Source: Candidatus Hermodarchaeota archaeon (GTDB lineage Archaea > Asgardarchaeota > Hermodarchaeia > Hermodarchaeales > Hermodarchaeaceae). Taken from it: 44,135 nt of DNA. The position numbers and the translations under genes were made by a program. The notes beneath the pieces are model-generated. The model did no database searches and had not been told where the DNA came from. It saw nothing but the letters and a program-made list of their open reading frames with translations. Location of the stretch: the NCBI GenBank assembly GCA_016840065.1, contig JAEOTB010000066.1, forward strand, positions 1 to 44,135, in the 5' to 3' direction. Positions 17,912-26,280 of this stretch are shown one piece after another; positions within the stretch are counted from its first letter, which is position 1, and the number at the start of each line of letters is the position of its first letter.

Positions 17912-18032
17912 GATTCAAGAACCCCCTATGGAAACACCCTAAACAGGTTAACCTAGAATACTAATTTAAGCTTGTCATACAAGACCACAAAAGACATAGT
18001 CAACTCCTACCAATAAGGATTGGACGTGTTGA

Positions 18033-18923
18033 GTGTTGCGTGAAGAGTGGATAAAGTATCTTGAGCAACTGGAAGAGAACAGGGGATGGCCTATGATAGG
18101 CTACATCTATCCTGTCACCGACGAAGTGACAACCACACATCTTCAACAACAAGATCAAAACAAGCAAACGATGGAACAGTCACTCATCAGTGAATTGCTA
18201 CAGGAAGCCTGGCGGGTCGCCGTAGATTTCGGCTGCGGCACAGGTGCCAATTTCTTTCTCTTCGATGGTCACAGACAACGTAAGAGCCTACTCGTAGGTC
18301 TTGATCCAGATTGCGAGCGACTGGAATGGGCCAGGCAGACAGCAGACTATCAACTGATGTTTGTCCAGAGCTACACTCTCTGTGGAGGAGTAGAAATCCT
18401 AGAAAACATACCCGATAAACTCAAGGCGGATGTTGTCCTTTGCTCTCAGGTTCTTGGCCATGTCTCAGAGGAACAAACCCAGCGAATCATCAAAGGATTT
18501 CACAGAATCCTCACCAAGAAGGGTCGCTGTGGAATCGCAATTCCTATCATCGGGGAAGCATTCAAGGAAAATCCTCAAGCCGAGGATTGGTCCGGTAAGG
18601 AAGATTTCACACACCTAGTCGATATGGCAAAATCTCCTGGTGACCGTGGTTTCCGACGCCAAATAACTCTCGAAGAATTCAATAGAGCGGCTGACAAACC
18701 GGAAACAGGACTATTACCTGTCCGCTCATTCCTCGTCCCAGAGTTCCCCAATCCCTTAGAAATTAAACTTCCCTGCGAGCTGAGTGCCCCACCACCGACA
18801 ATTGCTCATTTAATTAAACCTCTCTTCGATGTTGAAAAGAGCACAATATACTCCATCCACAAGGATCCAGGCAGCCCAATATTTCCTATAGGTGATTTGT
18901 TCATCCAACTAGGGAAGAAATGA
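18033..18923 (+). CDS. Class I SAM-dependent methyltransferase
   Basis: VDFGCGTG motif I, VGLDPD, DVVLCSQVLGHV, RILTKKG. Confidence 0.88.
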   Translation: MLREEWIKYLEQLEENRGWPMIGYIYPVTDEVTTTHLQQQDQNKQTMEQSLISELLQEAWRVAVDFGCGTGANFFLFDGHRQRKSLLVGLDPDCERLEWARQTADYQLMFVQSYTLCGGVEILENIPDKLKADVVLCSQVLGHVSEEQTQRIIKGFHRILTKKGRCGIAIPIIGEAFKENPQAEDWSGKEDFTHLVDMAKSPGDRGFRRQITLEEFNRAADKPETGLLPVRSFLVPEFPNPLEIKLPCELSAPPPTIAHLIKPLFDVEKSTIYSIHKDPGSPIFPIGDLFIQLGKK

Positions 18924-19858
18924 ACTATTGGAGGATAATACAGTTGACAACGATACTTGGTGCAGTTTTACAGAATGGTAGCCCAATTGACATAACAACA
19001 ATCACAATATGGACTATAGAGCTTATCATCTTTCCAATCATCACGTTTTTCCTTGGTTGGTTCATTACAAAAATTCGTAAACTACTCAAGTTCAGAACCT
19101 TCCGCAAGGTCTTCGGACAAATCGCTGAACACCCTGAAAACATCCTCTTCTCTCTACCGCTCTGGAAAGTGAAAGCGGCGTCTAGGGACGAAACACGTTT
19201 TGAGAAGATTGGTTTTGACGAAAAGATAGAAGCCTTCTATGGACCCGACGATACAGTGGCCTTCGATGACTTAGATGCCACAGCTCAGGTCGCCTCCATC
19301 CTAGCTGAATTCTTTCCCACGCCCGTGAACTTCACTCTAGACAACGACAGGAGCCTAGAAATCACAGGAAAAACCGTAATCATGATAGGCTCTCCACTGG
19401 TCAACCTCCGAGCCCGGAGTGTCTTGGATTTAGTGGAGCAACCACACCTCGACTTTGTAGATCAGGAGGAAACCGCTGACCACCCAGCACGAACTGGAAT
19501 ACTCGACAAGAGAAGAGGGTTACTATATGATTCTTCAGGTGACTGGCAGTATTCGATGATTCTCCGAGTACCCAACTACCGCACGTCCGGAGCCTATTTC
19601 TTTCTGGTCTTCGGAGCCCACGCCGCAGGAACGCTCGCAGCTGGGATTTACTTGAAGAATAATTGGGAAGAGTTCAAGGATGCTGACCCAGCGGCTGGTG
19701 TGGTCATCGAGATGCCCAGAAGTGATATCGCGCACTATCGTGTAGTGGTCAAATACGGTTTTCCTGCAAGTGAAAAAGGTGTTGAATCCCCTGACGGGCA
19801 ACCCCTTAGCATGCCAAGTTTTCCTCCAAAGGAAAACCGGAATGCAATCACTAGATAG
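18920..19858 (+). CDS. Membrane-anchored hypothetical protein, translationally coupled to the methyltransferase
   Basis: ATGA overlap; N-terminal TM; soluble alpha/beta domain with VIMIGSPLVN and FLVFGAHAAGTLAA motifs. Confidence 0.75.
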   Translation: MNYWRIIQLTTILGAVLQNGSPIDITTITIWTIELIIFPIITFFLGWFITKIRKLLKFRTFRKVFGQIAEHPENILFSLPLWKVKAASRDETRFEKIGFDEKIEAFYGPDDTVAFDDLDATAQVASILAEFFPTPVNFTLDNDRSLEITGKTVIMIGSPLVNLRARSVLDLVEQPHLDFVDQEETADHPARTGILDKRRGLLYDSSGDWQYSMILRVPNYRTSGAYFFLVFGAHAAGTLAAGIYLKNNWEEFKDADPAAGVVIEMPRSDIAHYRVVVKYGFPASEKGVESPDGQPLSMPSFPPKENRNAITR

Positions 19859-19877
19859 TCAGCTCCTTTTCGCCCTT

Positions 19878-20066
19878 CTAAGATTCAGGGGGTTTGAATT
19901 TCATCGCACCACCGTGTGTACAGTATTCAAATCCTTCAGGGATGACTGATCCACACCTGTGATAATACGATATGGTACTCGGGGGTGGTCGAGTGAGTTC
20001 CATCTCTGGTCTGGCAGGGGTTCTTTCTGGTATAGAAGGTGTGAAAGCCTTTACCAAATATCTCAC
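19878..20066 (-). pseudogene. Short Pro-rich ORF ending in a degenerate zinc ribbon (possible remnant)
   Basis: GTG at 20066 overlaps the RING gene stop. YYHRCGSVIPEGFEYCTHGG resembles CxxCG-x7-CxxCG with 2 Cys lost. Confidence 0.4.
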
Positions 20067-21148
20067 TAAACTACATCGGATTTCCTTAATCTCCGTTGGC
20101 AGAAAGGACATACTCCCTTGACCTTTAGCCACTCTAAAAGATGGGACCTGTGAGCTAATTTCTGGCAGTGAGGGCAATTAAGATACATTTCTCCAATTTC
20201 TACGGTAGTATGACAGACAATGCACTGGCCAGGTTTCACCCCACAACCCGGGCACTTCCCTATGCGTCTTCCTTGAATGTCAAGACCGCAATCCTGGCAC
20301 TGATACACACCACGTTTACTACGAGTAACTGGTTCACTTCTCGGGCTGGAATCGCGTCGTGAACGTATCAACAAAAGTATACAAACTAGCAATATGAACA
20401 CGATTGTAACAGCATAGCCGGCTAAGAAAAGCGGATTCGAAGGAAAGGGAGTGCCTGTTACTGTTATAGTGCATGAGGCTGATCGAGAATTATCATACTC
20501 GTCAGTTACTCTTACAGTCACGCTGTGTCGGCCAACAGAGAGGGTACGTCTATTTTGGAGTCGTCCATAGTAGTTAATCGAGAAATAATAATTATTGTTG
20601 GTGATTTCCCAGTCGTCGATATCTGAAAGGTCCTCCGCTACCAGTAACTGGTTTACACTCTCACCGTATTGTATGGTTTCACTTTCAGGTGCTGTAACGA
20701 AGACTGGGGCTGTAGTATCTTGTACAGTTATTAAGAATCGTGCAGAGCAGTAATCGTTGCTTGGATTAAATGCCCTAACCTCAACGTCGTAGACACCCAC
20801 AAGTACGAGCGATATGTTTCTCACAATAGCTGTAGATGCGTCAATGGGGGTAATGCTGAACAGGCCGGAACTTATCCACCAATCATCCACTCCGTCAGGA
20901 TCAGATGCTCTCAGTTCCATACTGAAGCCAACCCCAAGCTCTACAAACTGGTCAGTGGGTTGTATAAACCATACTGGACGAAATGGGCTTCCCATCGCCA
21001 AATCAGCAGAGTTTGTACAGAAATCAATGTTTGGTTTAGTGCCTTGACCCGAGATGACGAAGTATTCAGATGTGGGATAAAGTGAAGGAAAGATAGGAAA
21101 TAGGAAACATACGATAAGTAGAAGGAATGGAATCAAACCACTACGCAA
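20066..21148 (-). CDS. Single-pass membrane protein: signal peptide, two cadherin-like Ig domains, TM, double zinc ribbon and RING finger (putative E3 ligase)
   Basis: PVWFIQPTDQ...ASDPDG and PVFVTAPE...AEDLSDI Ig units; TM LAGYAVTIVFILLVCILLLI; CQDC...CPGC; CIVC-x12-CPHC-x4-H-x2-H-LLEWLKVKGV-CPFC. Confidence 0.85.
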   Translation of the reverse strand: MRSGLIPFLLLIVCFLFPIFPSLYPTSEYFVISGQGTKPNIDFCTNSADLAMGSPFRPVWFIQPTDQFVELGVGFSMELRASDPDGVDDWWISSGLFSITPIDASTAIVRNISLVLVGVYDVEVRAFNPSNDYCSARFLITVQDTTAPVFVTAPESETIQYGESVNQLLVAEDLSDIDDWEITNNNYYFSINYYGRLQNRRTLSVGRHSVTVRVTDEYDNSRSASCTITVTGTPFPSNPLFLAGYAVTIVFILLVCILLLIRSRRDSSPRSEPVTRSKRGVYQCQDCGLDIQGRRIGKCPGCGVKPGQCIVCHTTVEIGEMYLNCPHCQKLAHRSHLLEWLKVKGVCPFCQRRLRKSDVV

Positions 21149-21330
21149 CTCAAGAACCCCATAGAAACCAGAGACACCTATTCCTTCAAGCTGTAAAAAT
21201 AAAGCTTTTTCGTTTTCAAGGAAATAAACAACTCAAAATCTTGACACATTCTGTCTAGAGAGCAGACCCAATCCAATTAACTTAAAAACAATGGCAGGAA
21301 TGTATAGATAATTCAATTGGAGGAATTTCT

Positions 21331-22179
21331 ATGAAATGTGCTAAACATACTGCCGCTGATGCAGTGGGAGTCTGCGTTTCCTGTGGAATTGGTGTCTGCA
21401 GGAGCTGTGAAATCAAAGTAGTTGGCAGAACTCACTGTAAAACATGCGTTGAAGCTGGAAGAGCCTATGACCCACAGGCTGCTCCAGTTAGAACTTACCC
21501 AACTTATGGACCAACCATTAGCCCGCCCGTAGAGGCAAAACCAACAGGAAATCCAAGCAGAGCATTCTTCATCATGGGATTCATTGGAATGATTATACTC
21601 ATGGCCAGTGGAATGATAAATTGGATCTTTGACACCACTGGATTCTTCTTCTACTGGATGTTCATGATGCCCTTTCCTGTCTATACGATTTCACTTGCCA
21701 TCTTCTGCGCTTCTATAGTCGTGACCTCCATAGCACTCTACGGTTACAGAAGGAATTATGGCTCGTTAATGGGGATAGCCACCTTCATTATCTCACTCAT
21801 CCTGCCCTGGTTCCTTCTAATCGCAAAGCTTCTCCTCTACACTGGACTTGTCTTCACACCACATACGAGCTACTATCCCCCCTATTACACCTACTATTAT
21901 CCTGGACCACTCTATATCCACTACTTTGCACTGTACATCACTGGTGCTGTATTAATCGGTGTTCTGTTCATACTATGGGGTTGTGCCCTCTTTGTAGTCC
22001 GAAAACATACAGGTAAAGCTGGATTACCTATTGCCGCAGGTATTCTATTCATAATTGCTGGTAGCTTCTGGTGCACGATAATGCTCTATCAGATTGGCTC
22101 CATTCTACTGATTCCTGCAGGAATTTTGTGGATGATATCTCTAGCCACTTCTAGGATGCCTGGCGACTTTACCTACTGA
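21331..22179 (+). CDS. B-box-type zinc finger plus ~6-TM membrane protein (paralogue 1)
   Basis: CxxH-x8-CxxC-x4-CxxC-x9-CxxC at the N-terminus, a Pro-rich linker, hydrophobic helices; GGAGG SD. Confidence 0.85.
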   Translation: MKCAKHTAADAVGVCVSCGIGVCRSCEIKVVGRTHCKTCVEAGRAYDPQAAPVRTYPTYGPTISPPVEAKPTGNPSRAFFIMGFIGMIILMASGMINWIFDTTGFFFYWMFMMPFPVYTISLAIFCASIVVTSIALYGYRRNYGSLMGIATFIISLILPWFLLIAKLLLYTGLVFTPHTSYYPPYYTYYYPGPLYIHYFALYITGAVLIGVLFILWGCALFVVRKHTGKAGLPIAAGILFIIAGSFWCTIMLYQIGSILLIPAGILWMISLATSRMPGDFTY

Positions 22180-22225
22180 GGAAAAGAATAAGGGTAAGAC
22201 AATACCAACGAGTTGAGGTGATGGC

Positions 22226-23128
22226 TTGAAGTGTAAAGAGCACAAGGTAAAGGACGCAATTGGTGTATGCATTAGTTGCGGTTCGGGTCTGTGTAAAAAA
22301 TGCCTAATTTCAGTAAAGGGTATCAGCTACTGTAAACCCTGCCTCGAAGGAGGGAGAATACGCCCTGGACCCACTCAGGGCACAAGTCATCCTCCTCCAA
22401 CTCGCACGCCACAACCGATAAGAGCTCCACGCCCAGTAAGGATTCCTCAATCCACAAGGAGGCCGATTCGCCCCCTCTTCTACCTAGGCGCCGTAGGAGT
22501 AATCCTTCTCATTTTTTCAATGATTCTCTACGTCTCCCTTCAATACGTTGCATTCCTTGAGGAAACATTCCTACCCTCAATAATTACCGCTTCGATGCTG
22601 GTTCTGATAAGCAGTGTTATTACAGGAATCGGATTCTTTGGCTACTGGTGGAACTACGGCCTTCGAACTAGCTTAGCCGCTTTCATCTGTACCCTAATAT
22701 TCAGCTGGTGGCTGCTACTGGGTGAAACCCTACTTGGAACTTATCTGGGCTATTTCCCGCTAATCATACGGGATATTGGGATCGCTGCCTTTGGTGTAAT
22801 GCTCGAGGTTTGGGCTACAGCGATAGGAGAGGTTAGCCTCTTTGATGTCAACGAGTGGCTGGCTCGGATTTGTAAGTTCTTTCTGAGTCTTACAGCCCTA
22901 CTATTCTTCTTCACATGTGTACTGGGAATAGCAAGCGATGTCCTAATCGGGCCTGGACCAATAGAATTCGCTATAATGTTTAGAGCATTCATGATTATCC
23001 TTCTGAGCGTAGGTGTAGTTTTCCTAATCCCAGGAGGCATACTTGGCATAATAATACTAGCGACGACAAAATACGGATTAGTTAGAATACAATCCGAAAC
23101 CCCCGCTACTACCAGCACTGAAGGATAA
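22226..23128 (+). CDS. B-box-type zinc finger plus multi-TM membrane protein (paralogue 2)
   Basis: CKEH...CISC...CKKC...CKPC; Pro/Arg linker; TM bundle with GIGFFGYWWNYG; GAGGTG SD before TTG. Confidence 0.85.
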   Translation: MKCKEHKVKDAIGVCISCGSGLCKKCLISVKGISYCKPCLEGGRIRPGPTQGTSHPPPTRTPQPIRAPRPVRIPQSTRRPIRPLFYLGAVGVILLIFSMILYVSLQYVAFLEETFLPSIITASMLVLISSVITGIGFFGYWWNYGLRTSLAAFICTLIFSWWLLLGETLLGTYLGYFPLIIRDIGIAAFGVMLEVWATAIGEVSLFDVNEWLARICKFFLSLTALLFFFTCVLGIASDVLIGPGPIEFAIMFRAFMIILLSVGVVFLIPGGILGIIILATTKYGLVRIQSETPATTSTEG

Positions 23129-23196
23129 GGGGTTAAATCAAAGACTTAAAAGCATAAATAGTTTAGATATGGCAGAATGGTTCCGAGGGAAACATC

Positions 23197-23979
23197 TTGA
23201 AATGTAACAAACATACAAAACGGGCTGCCGTTGCTGTGTGCGTCTCTTGCGGAGTAGGAGTCTGCAGGGACTGTGAAATCAGGGTCAGCGGCAGAAGCCA
23301 CTGTAAGCAATGCGTCGAAGAAGGAAAAGCAACTCCAACAGAACAAGTAGTACAACCCAGTGCGCCTAGGGCTCCCATGGTTACTCCAGCTGGGCAACCA
23401 AGACGCGGCTACTTCGTCTTAGGTGCAATCGGACTTGTCATTTTCATCATTGCGGCCACTTTGTCCTGGACGTTTTCTTATCTCCTTTTATTCCTCTTCC
23501 TTTGGTATAGTCCCTTCTTCTACATCATCAGTCTAGTACCGAATATACTCCTCACTGTTGGAGGTATAATGAGCGCTATCGGATTCTATGGTCAACGCCG
23601 AAACTTCGGCTCAAACATGGGCTTGGCAACATTCATTATCTCCCTAGTCTTCATCTGGTTCCAGCTCATACCTGGAATAATACGCGCCGCCCTCTACGGA
23701 GGTTACTACTATTATTATCCTTGGTATATGATATCTTATACCCTGTTCTATGTGGGTTACGCTCTCATGGGTGTAATGGTTATCCTTTGGGGGTGCTCCA
23801 TGCTAGTGAACCGTATTCAAATGGGGAATCAGGGTCTGGCGATAGCGGCTGGAGTCCTTTTCATCATCACAGGCGGGTTCATCTGCTCAATAGTTCTTGA
23901 GTGGATTGGCTTGATACTAGTCATTCCGTCTGGAATTCTGGGAATCATCCTCTTCGCTACCGTCAAGGTCCCAACATGA
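23197..23979 (+). CDS. B-box-type zinc finger plus ~6-TM membrane protein (paralogue 3)
   Basis: CNKH...CVSC...CRDC...CKQC; AIGFYGQRRNFGSNMGLATFIISL matches paralogue 1. Confidence 0.85.
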   Translation: MKCNKHTKRAAVAVCVSCGVGVCRDCEIRVSGRSHCKQCVEEGKATPTEQVVQPSAPRAPMVTPAGQPRRGYFVLGAIGLVIFIIAATLSWTFSYLLLFLFLWYSPFFYIISLVPNILLTVGGIMSAIGFYGQRRNFGSNMGLATFIISLVFIWFQLIPGIIRAALYGGYYYYYPWYMISYTLFYVGYALMGVMVILWGCSMLVNRIQMGNQGLAIAAGVLFIITGGFICSIVLEWIGLILVIPSGILGIILFATVKVPT

Positions 23980-24005
23980 GAAAAAAAGGCATTGAAAGTG
24001 GTGAG

Positions 24006-24278
24006 TTAGGGTAACTCTTTCTTCTGCAGGTTTTTCTCGCAGCGGGGACAGGTACCCTTGACCTTGAGCCACTCCAGAAGATCGACTCGATGCGCCACCC
24101 CATGGCAATGAGGGCATTTGGTCGAGTCATCCGCGGACCTAACAGCTCCCTTACAAACCATACATCGTACATGGATAGCTCCGCAGTTCCTGCACCATTC
24201 CTGTTCACCGGGGAGGACAGCCCCACACCTTGTGCAATAGGCCACAGCCCCCTTAGCAGATTCGCCCGGTTGGTTCAA
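24006..24278 (-). CDS. Small soluble zinc-ribbon plus RING-finger protein
   Basis: CTRC...CRNC, then CMVC-x12-CPHC-x4-H-x2-D-LLEWLKVKGT-CPRC. TTG start with GGAGTG SD. Confidence 0.8.
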   Translation of the reverse strand: MNQPGESAKGAVAYCTRCGAVLPGEQEWCRNCGAIHVRCMVCKGAVRSADDSTKCPHCHGVAHRVDLLEWLKVKGTCPRCEKNLQKKELP

Positions 24279-24490
24279 TTAATACACTCCAATTTGTGTA
24301 ATAAGCGAAACAACATACCTTCACCTAAAAGGCTATCGATAGAAACCCTCAATCCTGACCTGGATAGATTTACGGTGCTAATGCAGAAGAATCCTCCAGA
24401 ACATCGATATCACTGATACATTACAAGATAGACAAACATTAATCTTAAGGGAGTGGGTGCTGTTCGTAGCAGATGGAGGTTTTTGCTAGT

Positions 24491-24958
24491 ATGTCTCCGC
24501 ACAAAGAAATGGTAAAGGATGAAATCGACCAGTTCCTCACGTGTGCCCGTACAGGTCGCCTAGGAGTTATTCTCAATGACGAACCCTACATTGTTCCTGT
24601 GGGGTTTGCCTGGGTGAATGGGCAAATAGCTTTTCACGCCTGTAGCAAGGGCTTGAAGATGGATGCGTTAGAGTCCAATCCGAAGGTCTGCTTTGAGGTT
24701 GATGAATCACTCTCTGATGGCTCAATGTACAAGTCGGTACTCGTCTTCGGCAGAGCAGAAATACTAAAAGACAACGCCGAGAAAATCCCATACCTCCAAG
24801 CACTAATCAACAAATATAGGGTCCATGAGGAATTCGATGCCTACATCAACAAAGCCACCCGAAAACCGGAAGCAGAGATGAAAGCCGTCCGAATAGTCCT
24901 CATAACACCTGAAAAAATCACCAGCAGACAATTCATCAAATTCGGAAAATGGGAGTGA
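24491..24958 (+). CDS. Pyridoxamine 5'-phosphate oxidase / NimA-family flavin-binding protein
   Basis: GRLG...PYIVPVGF...FH...GLKMDALESNPKVCFEVD...YKSVLVFG. GGAGG SD before ATG at 24491. Confidence 0.9.
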   Translation: MSPHKEMVKDEIDQFLTCARTGRLGVILNDEPYIVPVGFAWVNGQIAFHACSKGLKMDALESNPKVCFEVDESLSDGSMYKSVLVFGRAEILKDNAEKIPYLQALINKYRVHEEFDAYINKATRKPEAEMKAVRIVLITPEKITSRQFIKFGKWE

Positions 24959-24964
24959 CAAAGA

Positions 24965-25693
24965 ATTACAAAAACTGAGCTAATCTATCTAGAGGACAGC
25001 TACCAGAAAGAAGCCGAAGTCACAGTCATAGACACCAACGCAGCCCGAAACAGCGTCATACTCGACGGTACGATATTCTATCCTGAAGGAGGCGGCCAAC
25101 CGAGTGATAAGGGCAGGATTGACTCAGCGTTGGGCTCTTCAGCGGTGATACATGTGGCAAAGCAGGGCAACCACATCTACCACTACCTAGAGGGGCCACT
25201 CCCATCAAAGGACCAAGAAGTGACCCTAAAGCTAGACTGGACCAGACGCTACGCTCACATGCGCATGCATACAGCCCAACACCTCCTCAGCCGAATCATC
25301 TTCGACAAGTACGGCGCAATGACCGCCGGCAACCAGATCTACGCGGAAGTCTCCCACATCGACTTTGCACCAGCAACCTTCCAATCCGATGCACTTCCCG
25401 CCATAGAAGCCAAGGTCAACCACTACATCAAAGAAGACCACCCAGTCACCATCACAGTTGTTGAACGAGCAGAACTGGAGATGGAAATGGATCTCGACCG
25501 CTCCGACCTATCAAAGCTCCCCTCCTCCATCAAGCGCCTCCGCATGGTCCGTATTGGTAACTTCGATGCTTATCCGTGCGCTGGAACCCATGTACACTCC
25601 ACAGGCGAATTACTCGGGTTAAAAATCACCAAGCGCAAAAGCAAGGGGAAAGAGAAGATACGAATCACCTACGAACTGACTCCTCAAAAATAA
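24965..25693 (+). CDS. alaXM: Alanyl-tRNA editing protein AlaX-M (no canonical start codon; probable ATT start)
   Basis: Manual translation gives ITKTELIYLEDSYQKE...ILDGTIFYPEGGGQPSDKG upstream of the track start, then HMRMHTAQH (HxxxH) and CAGTH (CxxxH) zinc ligands. Confidence 0.9.
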   Translation: MTKTELIYLEDSYQKEAEVTVIDTNAARNSVILDGTIFYPEGGGQPSDKGRIDSALGSSAVIHVAKQGNHIYHYLEGPLPSKDQEVTLKLDWTRRYAHMRMHTAQHLLSRIIFDKYGAMTAGNQIYAEVSHIDFAPATFQSDALPAIEAKVNHYIKEDHPVTITVVERAELEMEMDLDRSDLSKLPSSIKRLRMVRIGNFDAYPCAGTHVHSTGELLGLKITKRKSKGKEKIRITYELTPQK

Positions 25694-25846
25694 CCGAGTC
25701 ATCGTGTCAGATTCCAATGAGCATCCTCAAGATAACACAGAGTAAGGGGAAGGATGGGATACGGTTAACCTATCGGGTAGTCCCCAAAGATTAAATGAGT
25801 AAAACGTAGAGTATAGTAATATCCCCTATTAGGGGAGGTTCAAAAC

Positions 25847-26161
25847 TTGAGTCCAAGACCAAGAGTAAGAAGGCGAAGAATCCGGCGACGGGTCAGGCGT
25901 AGGACTCGAAGACGTGTCCGCAGACACTTCAGACGAGTTCGAAGAGGCGCCTACTGGCTTTTTGCACCAGTCGCTGGCGCACCTTGGCGGCTACACCGCA
26001 GACATGTGATCATCATCGAGCGGGAAGCCGGTAAACCCATTGATGAGCTGAGCGAAGAAGAACTAGAAGAACTCCTAGAACAGCTAGGTATAAGCAAAGA
26101 AGATCTCGAAGACGAAGACGAAGAAGCTCTTGACGAAGAGGATGAAGAAGAAGACGAATAG
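25847..26161 (+). CDS. Small bipolar protein with Arg-rich N-terminus and Asp/Glu-rich C-terminus
   Basis: GGGGAGGT SD before TTG; the first ~33 aa are mostly Arg; central IEREAGKPIDELSEEEL; acidic tail. Confidence 0.8.
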   Translation: MSPRPRVRRRRIRRRVRRRTRRRVRRHFRRVRRGAYWLFAPVAGAPWRLHRRHVIIIEREAGKPIDELSEEELEELLEQLGISKEDLEDEDEEALDEEDEEEDE

Positions 26162-26280
26162 ACTCGGAAACCAATTAACACAGAAAGAATACTCCTCTCT
26201 CAATCGATGTGTAGGTTCTCGATTTAGTAGTGGCTTTTATATCTACTAAGTCGAAACCCACATCAAACCCACAAAGTAGG

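Noticed and set aside
21331-24278. A bona fide TRIM (RBCC) gene
   Set aside because: RING and B-box are on separate genes and there is no coiled coil. B-box-like fingers on membrane proteins also occur in bacteria, so only a functional analogy is proposed.
24956-24958. In-frame TGA as a selenocysteine codon
   Set aside because: The position is a domain boundary, not a conserved Cys site, and I recognised no SECIS. An SD-preceded ATT explains it more simply.
25951-26181. Poly-Ser ORF on the minus strand
   Set aside because: It is the antisense reading of the GAA/GAC-rich acidic tail of 25847..26161.
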